Source of the DNA: Nemertoderma westbladi
Lineage: Eukaryota > Animalia > Xenacoelomorpha
Assembly: GCA_032718475.1 (NCBI GenBank)
Contig: JAUCBJ010007482.1
Coordinates: 1-64,000 of the forward strand
DNA: 64,000 nucleotides
Direction: 5' to 3'
Below are positions 12,093-25,730 of this stretch, piece after piece. The notes below the pieces were generated by a model that was given only the letters and a program-made list of their open reading frames with translations, was not told where the DNA came from and ran no database searches. Position 1 is the first letter of the stretch, and every line of letters starts with the position of its first letter. Position numbers and translations under genes: made by a program.

Positions 12093-13493
12093 CTATAAAA
12101 TATAAAAAATCACAGTTTCTAAAATATAAAAATACTCTAAACAGTTAGTCTTTCTTACGCGGACGGCGTTTACGCAGTTTTTTGAGGCTAGCAAGAGTCC
12201 TTTTCTCTTTGGGGCGAGCCACTTTACTAGGAGGGCTATAACTCCTGGGTAAAGGGTGCAATACAATTGCATCGGAAGGTTTAGGGTTATGGTCGATGTC
12301 TCGTCCATTTCGATATGCTTCTCCTCGAGCTGATTTTCATCCGCTTATCGTTGGATGCGTTCGTCCAAAAACTCTTGCTGAGAATAGGGTCGTCTAAGTT
12401 CGATATCTTCTTAGAGATTCTGGATTTCCTGATCGAACTGAGATAAAGCTAATTAGTTTACCGCTTGGACTTGCTGCTGCAATTTACGTTTCTCTAAACA
12501 ATTATAGGTTCCTTTTCCGATCTTTTGACGAATAGTGTCCAACGCGTTTCGTACAACTCTCTTCTCCGCCTCGGTGACAGGTTGTATCGGGTTAAACCGG
12601 GACGATGATAAGGTTGAATGGCGATATTAGATGTCCGCGTCCCAATCCGATGGCGAATATTTAGGGAGCCCACAACCGGAGTGCCACTGACCAACTGTTT
12701 GTGTAACACTAGATCTTCGAACAGCGAGCACAGTCCGGGAGGATCCGTGATACCACCAGGACCAAGAGTCCGAGGTCTAACTAGGGAACGAGGAGGTCTG
12801 ACCGAGTATTCCGGAACTCCGATCATAGGTTTATTTAAGGATCGTTTGAATCGAGCGAGCGTAGGTGATACATCGAACAAGTTTCGCTCGAAACTCCCAT
12901 AAATATAGCGAGTAAAACCGTGTTTAAAGCAACGTCTCCGCGGATGTTTATGTCTTTCCGTTTGTTGGTTGGGTCTTGGGCATTCATCGCAATAATACCA
13001 AAGACACACATCTTGTAGGGGAAACGCTGGTGATATTTATTCGGTTTTACAACGTTTCTCTCAAGAATTCCAAATATACGTTGGAATCGCTGCGTTTATC
13101 CGGCTCTTCAACGTCTTCCCTTTCGAGTCTGTTTCGAATAGAATTCTCGTGTTCTATTCTCGGTTTATCGTTCCGACTCCACTGGGTATGATATTTAAAT
13201 AAAACCATTTCCCTTTCGGTGTCTACATCGTCCGTATCGTGTAAATCGATAGGATGGCCAGTAGTTAAGAAGTCCATATACGTACCATTACGATGCGTAT
13301 AGCGAGCGGTGAATTTTCTATAGTCCAATTCACGCGTAAGTTGCTCCTGGGACATTGGCGGTTCGATATAATGACCATCGTCCTCCGTAGTAGTTGGACC
13401 AGCGTCGCCGCGTATCAAGCTATCAACAAACGCTTGTAAAGGTAGAGTATATCGCTCCCTGATACCAAGATCATCTTCTATCAACTCAGTCAT
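12093..13493 (-). pseudogene. Decayed accessory ORF between pol remnant and 3' LTR of BEL copy 1
   Basis: Sense-strand ORF pieces 13493-13047, 13009-12494 and 12308-12093 can be joined by two frameshifts and a few TAA stops. Contains the Cys/His cluster CLWYYCDEC..HKH..C..H and ends just before the PPT. Confidence 0.55.
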
Positions 13494-14314
13494 ATCTGCT
13501 ATATGAGTTTATCAATATTATAATGTGTTTATATTTAGGCTAGCGGGCGTCGCTGCCTACCCCTCTCTGCCCCCGGACAGTGCAAGATCCTCAGCGCTGG
13601 TGTTCTTTCGCCGATGTGCCTATCGCCAACGTAGTAGCTGCACAACGACCACAACAACCAGCGCGAGTCACTCCACCGTCCGTCCCAAAGGCTTAGATTT
13701 ACTTCAGGTTCTTACTGGAGAGTTAGGGCTACTTTCACAATTGCGACTCGCTACTGTAAACACACTTTAGTAGTAACATTCACCTATAAACGCACAAATT
13801 CCACACAACGTCACAAACCGCACACATTCGGGCCATTTGTACGTTAGTCAAGTGCCTTCCAGAATGTCACGTTATTATTGGGTATCTTTGGATACTAGCA
13901 GTGTGCTATTCATTCCTTATGCTATTCAATGGGGCAAGCCTTTATTGTTCTTTTAACTCACTTCTAATTCTAGCGTGGTTGTTGCCATGGTGACATTATG
14001 GAAAGCTAGCAGTAGAATTAGGGTAGTTCTCATGCATACAGATCTGGGATGCTATTTAATAGTAATTCTTTAATTGTCAATATTCCTCTTTATACATGAT
14101 TTTATGAATTTTATCGGCTATTGACTATATATTGGAGATTCTCGCACACTAATACACTTAATAAGGTGAATCTCCGCTCCCATGATCTCTTAATTAATGG
14201 AATTTTGGGAATGTTATAAATTGTATAAAAATGACAATTTATCAAATTCATTAAAAGATATGAATTTAAATTTATTCCCGTAAATTTTATTATTTAATAT
14301 TAAAATAGACACAA

Positions 14315-14645
14315 TTTTATTCCAGAACATATCTGGGGACTGGGATCCTTGATTCTAGGAAATTTGTTCTTTTAAGAGTATCGGTAAGTGCTACGATATC
14401 TTAATTGATCTTAATTGATATCTTAAAGGATCTAAATTTTGACAGATTTTAATTTATAGATTTTCTAGAGTTTACTTGTAAGTAGTTACTCTATTGTATC
14501 TATTTGACAGATTTTATAAATATTAATAATTAATATTTAAGATGGGCACCGGTTTATTCCAGAACATGTCTGGGGACGTTAACCATTGATTCTAGAATTT
14601 TGTCTTTCAAGTATATCGGTGGGTGCCGCGATATCTTAATCGACT
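14315..14645 (+). repeat. Two diverged ~95-bp direct repeats in the BEL 3' intergenic region
   Basis: tttattccagaacat.tctggggac...gatatcttaat at ~14315 and ~14553. Confidence 0.7.
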
Positions 14646-15212
14646 AGAATTACAGATGGTCAAAGGTTTTAACAGATTTATTTTGCGTTATACGCTACTG
14701 TTAAAGGGACATCACGCTACTATATGTATTATTTAATATACGGTATGAGAGCAATATCGCATGAAGCAATGTCAGTGAGAAGAGGCAAGTCGTTTCCAAG
14801 GTCTACCCAGAGCTTGGTTTAGCCGAGACACGAGGATCTGAATTTTGCATTCCTAATACTCTACTTACCAATAATACTTGAATATAGTAGGAGCTTTATT
14901 GTACTTTAAAAAGTACGGATATTTCATCATTTCATCTTACTGTAGTCACGTATTTATAATGTAATACGGACAGTAAGGAAAGAGAAAAATAATTATTTCT
15001 CGCCGTCGCACTAAATATATAATATATAAGTAATTAAGTAATAAACGCGAGTATATATTGCACTAATCTACTAAATAATCGCTAAAATAACATTCTACTA
15101 AATAAAATTAAAGAAAACGATTATAATAAAATTACATAATAATACATACATAAATATAAAAATAATAAAACAAATATAAAATAATATAGTCACACACCCA
15201 CTCCAGACGCTG

Positions 15213-15845
15213 TTACGTTGGGGAGTCCCTAGATGTTTGTTGGATTAGGGAGGTGGTCGTGGGAAGAGTATCTTGGATTCCATAGTTTCTGGATAGTTCT
15301 CTGTCTCTTTCCAGTAAACATAAACAACCAACTGGGCGATTGAGCTGCTGTGTCTCGAAGACAATTCCAGGTTTCCTCTTCGTCCTGGAATAGTGACGAT
15401 AGAAACATCGCTTCAAATACACGACGGCCTTACAAAGCCGATTCCAGGATCTATAGTGGTCCATCGCTCCCGGCAGGAGAGGTGAGAGTCCCGGCGAGAC
15501 GTCTGGTGTTCCAGATCTCCAGTCTCTCTCTCTGATCTCCACAACAGATCGGTTCGCGGTGGGTGAGTTTAGATCCACAGCATCGTCCCTGGCAATGTGT
15601 AATACAGACAGATCTATCACGGGTTTAAATAACCTTGATTTACTCGTCCGGGTTTTAGGTTTGACTTTCTCCGCTCCCTTGGCTTGTCTATTCTCAGCCG
15701 TGGTAAGATGGGGAGGCCATTCATCTTCTTTACTTAGGAAGTCGGGTCCACCTAACCAGTCTGGAGTATCTGTCAGTTCTTGAGGAGTTGCTCCTCTGGA
15801 AGCGATGTCGGCTAGATTAATCGTCTCGGGGCAATATCTCCATTA
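15213..15845 (-). pseudogene. pol: BEL pol remnant: post-RNase H linker fused to integrase C-terminal tail
   Basis: ADIASRGATPQ..WLGGPDFL matches copy 2 at 63216-63690. It then jumps at ~15377 to RPVGCLCLLE, the typical BEL integrase C-terminus. Confidence 0.85.
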
Positions 15846-18800
15846 GAGTTAATATCGTCATTATCTGAGGAGTATGATGTTCCCTCAGTTGGGTCGTCCA
15901 CCTCACTGCTCTCCGCTTCCCATTCACTTACTTGGTATACCCGTTCTTTTGGTAACCTTTCCATGAGAGTTCTACGGGAAGGGCCAGTAAAGTACCAACC
16001 TACTCTAGTTCTTCCCGCATAGGCTTGTAGTGGTTGCGGTTGAGCAGGCTGTTTCTCCAATGTCTCAAGCGCCTCATGCGCATTTTGGCCGATGAGTATT
16101 TGCACTCCAGGGTAATCTGTGTTGAATCTAGGTATATTAAGCCGCTGGGTGAAATCGTCCTCATCCCAGTTATAAGGTTCTACTTGGCTGGTAGCGAAGT
16201 TCTTTATCGCCACCATTTTTACTGACCTTATGCTGTGTTCTCCTAGTTCATCCTGGGGGGTGGACAACGCACCTACATAATAATCCGCTATTACTGTAGA
16301 TTTCCAAACCTGCATAATTCCTGACATGTTTAACTTAGTTCGGAACTTGGGTTGTCCAGCAAAGATGTCTTCGGCTAGTTCTTTGTCGATGAATGTTCCT
16401 GTGCTACCGGAGTCAAGGAGGGCGTTCACTATATAACTCCTTTTAGGTCCGTGGACCCTCAACTGCACTATGGGAAATTCTCGGATTCCTACATTGGAAG
16501 TTGGTGCTTTCCAAGATGGTTGTCGGTCAGAAGTAGTTAGGGGGAGCTCGCTGTCGGTGTCCTTTTCATACGTAAGTGCTCGATACACTGCGGTATTTAT
16601 CAGGTAACAGGATTCGTTTTCGTCGGAGAATTCGTCCGTATAGAATCCTTCCATCTCAGAACTTTGGTCAGTGTCGTTCACATCACTGAATTGGACATGT
16701 AGTTCGGACTCACTTACCTGACTCGGGCTGTTTCGTTCGAATTCAGTGTGCAACAAGATATGATGTTTTGCGCCGCACTTTGCACACCTTGCGTCGGAGT
16801 AACAGGTTCGCCGTTGGAGTCCTCGTCTGAGGCAATTATAACACAACCGCTTATCCCACATGACTTCACGTCTATCCTTTAGTGATTTCCTTAGGAATTC
16901 ATCACACACATTCAAACGGTGGGGCCCGTCACACAGCGCACATTTCGGTTTGATGTTACTTACCTTACTTTGAGTAACGTTGTGCACACTCGTTCTTTCT
17001 TCGGGCTTTCTTACATGAATTCTCTTAGGAGACGTAGGAGGAGTTTTTCTTACCTGTTCTCTCCTGTCATTGGTTCGAGACTTGAATTTACTTACGTCCT
17101 TAGGCGCTTTGTTGTCATAGTAAGATCTTTCAGTGTCTTTCCCGCTGTCTTCCTCTTGAGAAGCCTGGCTTTCGCCGTCGTCTGTATAACACACTGGTAT
17201 TACCTTTCTCCTAGAAACGGGTTTCTCACTTACCTTATTTTCCGGTGTCTTCTCTCTGGACTGTTTTAGGAGCTGTAATTTTACCTCTCCATCTAAGAAT
17301 GACATGAGATCAGCCATGGTAGGGTCTCTTCGTTGTTGTTCCATCATATATAACACTTTCTTGTCCCAGCGTGTACCTACTCCACCCTTGGGCAAAGTAG
17401 ATGCTAAGGCTCCTACAACCATAGAATTCTGGTATTCATGAGACTTACCTAACCAATCTAGTTGTCTACAGATCTCCTGAATCTCGTCGGAAAACTCTAT
17501 AATCCCGCTGCTAATGAACTTTCGGGGCGCTACCAATTTTGCATACAAATACCTAGCTATGTTATTCCTATTACCATACCTGATGTTTAGGGTATCCCAA
17601 ACTTGTCTTAATCCATCTGGATGTCCAATAAACTTTAACGCCATTAACTTGGGAGATCCTTCCAAGCACTCGATGAGGAATCTAAGTTTCTCTCCGTTAG
17701 ATAGCACAGAGTTCTGTATGTTATCTTTGTAATATTCATTAAAAGGTAACCATTTCATCTCATCTCCATTGAACTTGACGATCTCTCCCACCTTTACCGC
17801 TTGACGGGCTTCGGTTCTAGCCATTTGACGCGTAAAACTTTCTTGGGCCATCGTGTTATTTAATATCGAGTTATCGGTATATAAATTTCTCGGATTATTA
17901 TCAAGTCTATATGGAATATCATTGTCAACAGGTTTATAATTACCCTTAATAGGGTTTACTATAGGAGTTTCCACTTCACTAGCAGTATAGATGCGTGTAG
18001 GCTCCACACCTTGCGCATGAAATACTTCAGACCTAACAGGTTGACACATTGTTACAGGGGGTGGTGGTATACCCTTTTGGAGATTTACTAGTTTGTCGCG
18101 TTCTAACGCAATACTTTGCTGCACTTCTTGCAACTCTAACCTACCCTCTCTAATTGTTCCCTTTAACTGCTGCACAGTCTCCCCCATCTCCTGGACCTGC
18201 TGAGAGGAGCAAGAACGGTGTTCCCTCAGCTGCCCGAGCAGGAGACCCATCTCCCGTCGTCCCTCATCTACCCACTCGACCGCCGAAGCGGGAGGCGCCA
18301 ACGTTGTAGCGGGCGGACGAGGGACAACGGGCGACAAATCATTAATATTTCGCTCGGAGTCCAGGACATGAACATTTTCAGGGGTGGTTCTGTGGGGCAC
18401 AGGTAGCTTAGTGCTGTGCAGAGGGAATTTAGAGGTAGGTTCAGGGAGTACAGGTGTCTCTATCACCGAAGGGGTGGCTTCGAGAACAGGCCTAATTATT
18501 TCAGGCTCATCTACTATAGTAGGGAGTCTTTCTATTTTAATTATTTGGTCTGTGGGTTCTGTACTACCTAAGTCTGTGTTAGTTAGTTGCCTTCTAACAG
18601 CTGGGGGCAAATCAGGCAATTTCTGACGGTGGGACATTCTTCTACGCCTACTTAGACGAGATCTATTTCCTCCGCCTTCAGGATCGGTGGTATCGCCTTC
18701 ATCAGATGATGTATATCCCTGTCTTTTGGGAGTAGATCGACTCATCATCTGCATTTGACTAGCTGTTAACTGTTTATTTATGCAGTCTTGATTCTCTTGA

Positions 18801-20171
18801 ATATTTTCCAACTCTAGTTGGGCGATCTCTTCAGACGCTCTCCGTTCTGCTTCTGCCGCTGCCACTGCCGCTTTTCTTTCCACTTCGGCTCGCTTTTCTT
18901 TCCGCTTCTGCCTCTGCCGCTGCCGCTTTTCTTTCCACCTCTACCGCCTTTCTTTCCGCTTCTGCCGCTGCCACTGCTGCTGCCACTGCCGCTGTCTTTC
19001 TGTCTTCTATACGTTTTTTCTTGACTTGTTCTTCTTGGACTCTAGCGATGCGGAGGCGTTCATCAAATTTAGCTTGGTTCGCAGCTATCATATCCGCATC
19101 GATTGCGTCCAACACAAGCTTGGCTCCTTCACTATTAGGGCGAAGTCCAGACAGCCGTCTCCTCAACTCTTCGTCACCTACAAATCGTTGATAGTCTGAC
19201 AGATAGATGTCAATAGCATCCCTCTCATGCGGTTTCTCTGCCGTCGCTTCACTTTCCACTTGGGAAAATGTAGCGTCTGTTGATTCTCCATGGGTTGAGC
19301 GCTCAGCCAGCTGAGATTTCCACTGGGCAGTTCCTTGAACTTGGAGACTCACCCGCTGAAACCAAGTCTTTACGGCAACTTGCAACGACGTGTCTTGTCT
19401 TCTTTTCGAAGCCTCCTCAAAGGCCGATAAGATTAGTCTGATTCGTAGAATTCTTTCTCTAACTTGATAAAGCAGCTCTCCCTGCTCTTGAGGTCCTTGG
19501 GGTTGTCGAAACAGTTGTTCCTTTAATCGCTCCATAGAGCTGAAGAATCCCTGTACGTATCCTGCTGCTGACCTCTTCCACACAGCTGGATCGCTGGTTT
19601 CTTTTGTCACTCCCATCCTGTGTATGTCTTCCCAGGCAGCTTCCGATAAGTCAAACGGGAGTCCGGGTCCGGGGAAGTTCCATTGCGACTCGACAATAGA
19701 CTTCAGTTCTTCCCTTGTGTATCCCGCATAACTATCCTTGGTCGATCGCTTACTTCTCGCCCAATCAATCTGGTGTTCCTCCACCGCAATCAATACCCTA
19801 GTGAGTACGGCTGCAGGAAGGATGAGAAGGGGATCCGAATAAACCGCATCTGCCATCTTAGCTCCGCGCTCGGGTGTCAGCTCTACAGTATCCGCACTAC
19901 TGGAGCTGTCGGGCCGCTGAGAAATAAGTTCTCGGCTCGAGTGTTGCTGCTGTTCCGCTGCTTCTTGGTCCCGCTTGACCTGAGCTCGAGTGCCTATGAT
20001 AGACCTACGGTGTTGGACTAGCCTAGGGTCTGATATTACTACTGGAGGGATGATCTTTCTTACAGTAGGAGGTGAATTGAACTTCGGTCTCACACGTTCC
20101 ACACTCCTGTCTGGGTCACAGATGGTTGTATCTAGGAGACTGTCTGACAGGTTTTGCTTTGTGTCAGACAT
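15812..20171 (-). pseudogene. gag: BEL Gag-protease polyprotein with one frameshift in the Ala/Glu repeat (~18885)
   Basis: ORFs 20171-18831 and 18883-15812 are collinear with 57152-61450. Motifs: KFNGDEMKW..EKLRFLIECLEG (BEL Gag core), CALCDGPH / CYNCL / CAKCGAKHH knuckles, and protease ALLDSGSTGTFI. Confidence 0.92.
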
Positions 20172-22803
20172 GTTTGTTTGTACAGTTGAATGCCTACTGC
20201 TATATTACAGTTTAAGCAAGTCTAGTAATTCAGTATCACCGTTAGCCTAGTAATTAATTACCGATATCGTTACTCTATGTAACGTGATATATATACAATA
20301 TATTAGAATACCGGTATACACTTATAGTTATATATAAGTATTATTACAGACTAGGTTTGTCACAGAATACCGGTATATAATTTCAGCACAAATATATATA
20401 AATATATAATAGGCCTATCGTGAATACCGGTATACAGCTTACACTTATAGTATATATATAAGTATTATTACAGACTAGAATTAATTACAGAATACCGGTA
20501 TAATTTCAGCCTAAATTTATAGAAATAAATATAATAAGCCTATCGTAAATACCGGTATGTCAATTATTTTAGAATAATTGAATTTCTGAATTTTAGGGGT
20601 TACTTGGTTACTTTACTTTACTTGATTACCGTTATTTAAGCAGTAGTCCAACTGATATTAAGACCTAATTGATGTATGACAGGCCTACTATTTATAAATC
20701 GGTTTGAGTTGATTTATAATATATATATACCCGTATAATGGGTTTTGTCAATATTTGAAATAAATGTTATTATTTCTGGGAAGGAGTCACTACACAGAAG
20801 CTGTGCGCTCTCAGTGAAGTGCTACTTGTTGGACACTAAAACAAATAATTCTAATTTACCTAAGTTACTTAATACTACAAATTACGTACAATTCGGGGTG
20901 AGATTACAATCTCTAAATAAACACAAAAATTTACACGTACGAATTTTTAGGGTAATTTTACAAGAAGTCTACAAACCAGCCTAACAAAGGGTTAGAATAT
21001 CTGGTTATTACAACGGACAGGGTACTACGGTATTTGAAAATAACAAAGCAGTAGTAAATATACTGCATTGTCCAGATAGGAAAAATACCACCGTCTGACG
21101 ACTTATAGCCGTAGCGCTATAAGTACTATGTTATGTTTCACGGAGTGTTCCTACCTAGAAGTTAATTACCGCGGTCTACCAGAACCAACGTGCCTATTAA
21201 CCACTTTACAACACAAATATACTGCCTACACACTAATTACCTTCGGAAAGTATTGTACACTAAACCCTAAATTAGGTACAAGTACTTATATAACAAATAA
21301 CCAGCAGTTAGAAATACTTGTACAGCTAAAGGAACCACGGTATCTGCTGGAGTGACCGGGGCACAAAATCACCAGTCTTTACCTACGCCAAGCAGCCCTG
21401 ATGTAGTACCGGGGTTAATTTAACTATAACGGTATGTATAACAAGCACAATTACTGTAGGAATAAACTTGGGGTTGTGAATGTTGCGAATAATCGCATAA
21501 ACTCTGAATAATAAATATTACGCTACGCGTACAGACTACTCAAACGAAATACAGACCAAACGCTGGCAGACTACTATCAGGCCCAAACAAACTACAGTAT
21601 ATGCAGACTCCGAAATGGTTAGTTAGTATGCGTTCTAACCGAGTAGTACGAATTATTCTTTCGAGGGGATTTACCTCACAGCACTGGAAGCCCCTACGTT
21701 CCTAACTGGTACTTTATCGGACATACACTCTACACACACTACAATCTCTTCAGACTTAACAACAGTCAGACAACAGTCCAGCCCACAAATTATCTGTACA
21801 ATCTGAGCAGGCTTACACGTCTTCTGCTCAATATTAACTTTCAAATAAATAAAACTGACAGAAATAGGCCTAAGTAAAATCCCAATAAAAACCAGGCGTC
21901 CCCGATTACTTATTAAGACCTACCGGTATATAATTATCAAAATCGAATAATACTGCTGTACCTGTACTGCTGTAAGTACCGGTTCGGGTGGTTAGGTAGT
22001 TAGGCCTACTGGGTACCGGTTGACCGGTACTTCAGCTTTATTGCCTACTGCAATACAGAAGCAATAACTGTTATTGTTCGCGCTTTCAGACCTTTAGCAG
22101 TTTAACCTGCCAAATTTAGATGTCTTCTAGATTATAAATCGACTTTAGCCTATGACGAGTATTTGATACACTACATTAGCCGAAGCCAGTCTATGCGCGA
22201 CCATTCACCCGCTGGATATACCCGGGAGACTGGATTCGGAAGCTTTGACCTTATTGCGGTGTAGGCCTACTGTATTATTCGACTGATCGTTAATATATAA
22301 TCTCTGACCAATATTATTCACTTTCGGGAAATATTAACAGTTCCTTTAGGACATGGCGCTCTAAATATGTAAACAGAGTTATGACTTACACGAGACACAA
22401 CGGGATGGCTATGGATTCACGTATAAAGCGTATTCTTTAGGAGATGCTTTGTTATCAGTCACAATCATGCACACTACCGCACAATGCTGCACACCGATCT
22501 GCCGACCTTCACTAATTTTAGTCACATATAAAGAGAACAACAACCGACTCCTGTAGTGCCTATGAAATAGCATTAGATTCACTCCAAAACCAATATAATG
22601 TAAGTCGCAATTGTTATATGTAACCGGTCTCTCTAACCTTCAGTATATCAAGAAGATTGGGGTTTCTGATTATTGATCGATATTATCCAAATATAACAAT
22701 ATTCCACCAACTGATATAATTAATAATCGACAGTAAATAGCAGTAAAAATGCGGTGTTTGTAGTTGACAATATGATTTAACACACTGACTTGTGATTAGT
22801 TTG

Positions 22804-23262
22804 TGTTGCGATTGATTAGATAACAGTTATACGTCTCTATGACCAAAGCCTACTAATGTTTGGCTAAAGCCTGAAACACAGAGATTCCAAAGCCGGTCTT
22901 CTGGCTGTGGACAAAATACCCATACTGACTGAATTGCATGAGTTTCTGTATACAATCTCCAACACAGAGTGAAAACCGCTCTGATTGGTCGACCGAACAA
23001 AGAACGAACAAAGAACAAAGAAAAAGTTACACGTGGACACAGCTGATAGATGTCATCATCGGAGTTCCGATGTTTAGAGTATTTGGCTTATTGCGACATA
23101 AAATCGCTAGTTATGTCCGCTAAAGTACACATACAGAAGAAATGGCTTTTTATGTCCACTAAAACACCGGTACAGTAAGGAAACGGCTTTTTATGTCCGT
23201 TAAAACAACTACAGAGTACTTTGCGGGGAAAATAACCAGCTAATTCCGCAAAAGCCTTTACA
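22804..23262 (-). repeat. 5' LTR of BEL copy 1
   Basis: TGTAAAGG... on the minus strand. Probable end ...CGCAACA, by analogy with ...CACAACA in copy 2. No clear PBS seen. Confidence 0.85.
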
Positions 23263-25730
23263 AGCAGTCAAGTTTTATGAAGAACTGACTGGACTTATTA
23301 AGGACATCCCGAAACACAATGTTAAAGTCATTGCTGGTGACCTGAATGCGCAAATTGGCCCAGAAGACATCAAGGGTTACACCTATAACACCAGTTCTAA
23401 CAGAAATGGGTACTTACTTTTAGACCTAATGGAAGAATGTGAATTGATACCAACAAACAACACATTCGAAAAGAGTAAGGGGAAGCTATGGACCTTTCAA
23501 TACCCTAATGGAACCAAAGCACAACTGGATTACATCCTTATAAACAAAAAGTGGAGAAATAGCATGATCAACTGCGAGGCATACAGCTCGTTCAACCTAA
23601 TTGGTTCGGACCACAGAATTGTCACTGCAGAGATCAGACTCAGTTTGAGAGCCAGCAAACCCAGGACAAGCAAGCAAATCAACTATGACTGGGAGAAACT
23701 CAGAACTGACAATGCTGTAAGGGATGCTTATACAGTAGAAGTTCAAAACCGCTTTGAAGCACTTCAGTCAATGGATGAAGACCAATCCACCGATTCAATA
23801 TACCAGAATATAATAACAGCCCACAAGGAATCAGCTAAGAGGCATATCCCCCAGAAACCTAAACGAAAACAGTATGTGCCATGGCAAAACTCTGAGGTTA
23901 CTTGTAAGAGAGAGGATCAAGATAGCCTACAAAGTTAAAACCGAACAACCAACAACCGAAAACATTAACAAGGTTGAGAAAGCTAAGGACGATCTTAAAT
24001 TGGCCTACAACATCAGCCAGGAAAAGTAAATACAGGATAAAACTGAAGCAATTACAACTGCTCACATACAGCACCAATCAAGACTTACCTGGCAAACTGT
24101 AAATGAGGTATCTGGTCGGAAAAGTTGTGCAAAGGGGCGCCTCAAAGCCGATAGTCCTGAAGAACGTGTTGGGAAGTGGAAAAATCATTTCAGCAACTTG
24201 CTTGGGCAGCCACCAAACATCGAGGTCAGCCCTACAAGGAAAATATATGACAAGACACTACCTATAGAAACAGGGGACTTCACACCTGCCGAACTCCAAA
24301 GAAGCATTAAAAGCATGTCCAATAATAAAGCGAGTGGATTAGATGAAATCCCAGCGGAGGTATGGAAAACCGGAGTGCTAAATAGACCATTATTGAATGT
24401 TTGCAACCGGATGTTAAAAGGGGATAAGCCACCACCAATTTGGACTAAAGGTCAACTAAAGCCTCTCCCCAAGAAAGGAGACCTCGGCATACCAACAAAC
24501 TATCGTGGGATCTGTCTGCTTGTGGTAGCTGCCAAAATATACAATAAAATGATTTTATATAGGATTAGGCCTCACATAGAGAAACTACTGCGTAAGAGCC
24601 AAAACGGATTTCGACCAAGTAGATCAACAATAGCTCAGATACTTGCACTACGGAGACTGATTGAAGGAATTAAGTCAAAGAATCTCCCCGCAGTCATCAC
24701 TTTTGTGGACTTCAAGAAGGCATTCGACTCCATCCATAGAGGTAAAATGCTTGAAATCCTAAGAGCTTATGGAATACCAGAAGTAATTGTTGCTGGCATT
24801 GGATTGTTATATTGTGACACAGAAGCGCAGGTACTCTCACCAGATGGTGAAACTGAGTTTTTCTCAATCCTGGCTGGCGTACTGCAAGGTGACACATTAG
24901 CACCATTACTATTTGTAATTGTGCTGGATTACGCAGAAGTAGTAGATATCCGGCAACTACAGTCACAGACACCGACTTTGCGGATGAGATCGCCCTGCTC
25001 TCTAATACGCTAGCAGATGCACAGCTTCTACTAAATAAAGTGGAGAGGGCTGCTAAGGAGGTTGGATTGTATATAAATGCTACCAAGACCGAATTCATGA
25101 CCTTTAATGTTGATGGAAACTTGACAACCATTGATAATAATCAAGTAAGGAAGGTCGATGACTCCCAGTACCTTGGATCATGGATAGAGAGTAGCAAAAA
25201 GGACATAGAAGTTAGGAAAGCAAAGGCTTGGGTAGCTCTATCAAAAATGGATACCATCTGGAAATCAGATCTCTCCAGGCACCTGAAGACTAAGTTCTTT
25301 CGAGCCACAGTGGAAGGGTATTTTTATACGGGGGTGAGACCTGGACACTGACTAAATCACTTGAACAACGAATTGATGGTTGCTACACAAGACTACTAAG
25401 GGCAGCCCTAAACATCAGCTGGAGACAACACATGACAAACGCCGAGCTTTATGGTACAATACCACCTGTATCAACCACCCTCCGTGAACGCAGATTAAGA
25501 TTCAGTGGGCACTGCTGGCGAAGTAAAGACGAGGTCATACCAGATCTACTTCTCTGGCAACCAACTCATGGAAAGCGTAGTCGTGGACGACCTGCCATAA
25601 CATATATAGATCAACTTGAAAGGGATACTGAACTTGGGAGAAACGAAATTGCGACAACTATGGAGAATCGGGAAGCCTGGAAGGATCTCATTTCCACTGT
25701 CCGAGTTCGCTCGACCTAGTAGTAGTAGTA
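23263..25730 (+). mobile_element. 5'-truncated RTE-clade LINE (APE endonuclease + RT), degenerate
   Basis: APE motifs AGDLNA, QLDYIL and SDHR. RT motifs NYRGI, QNGFR, VDFKKAFDS, GVLQGDTLAP, DFADEIAL and YLGS. C-terminal RGRP. (TAG)n tail right after the stop at 25719. Several frameshifts and stops. Confidence 0.95.

Larger units (their letters stand above)
11620..23262 (-). mobile_element. BEL/Pao LTR retrotransposon, non-autonomous (copy 1)
   Basis: Two LTRs with only about 4 visible substitutions over ~447 bp. PPT-like GGGAGCGG immediately before the 3' LTR TGT. BEL Gag with three zinc knuckles plus protease LLDSGS. RT, RNase H and integrase core are deleted relative to copy 2. No TSD recovered. 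Confidence 0.93.

Noticed and set aside
12093-13493. Retroviral-type env gene
   Set aside because: No signal peptide, fusion-protein pattern or convincing TM anchor is visible. It is retained only as an unknown accessory ORF.
16034-20250. Plus-strand ORFs within BEL copy 1 (and minus-strand ORFs in 57163-63585)
   Set aside because: Antisense shadows of gag-pol with no independent motifs.
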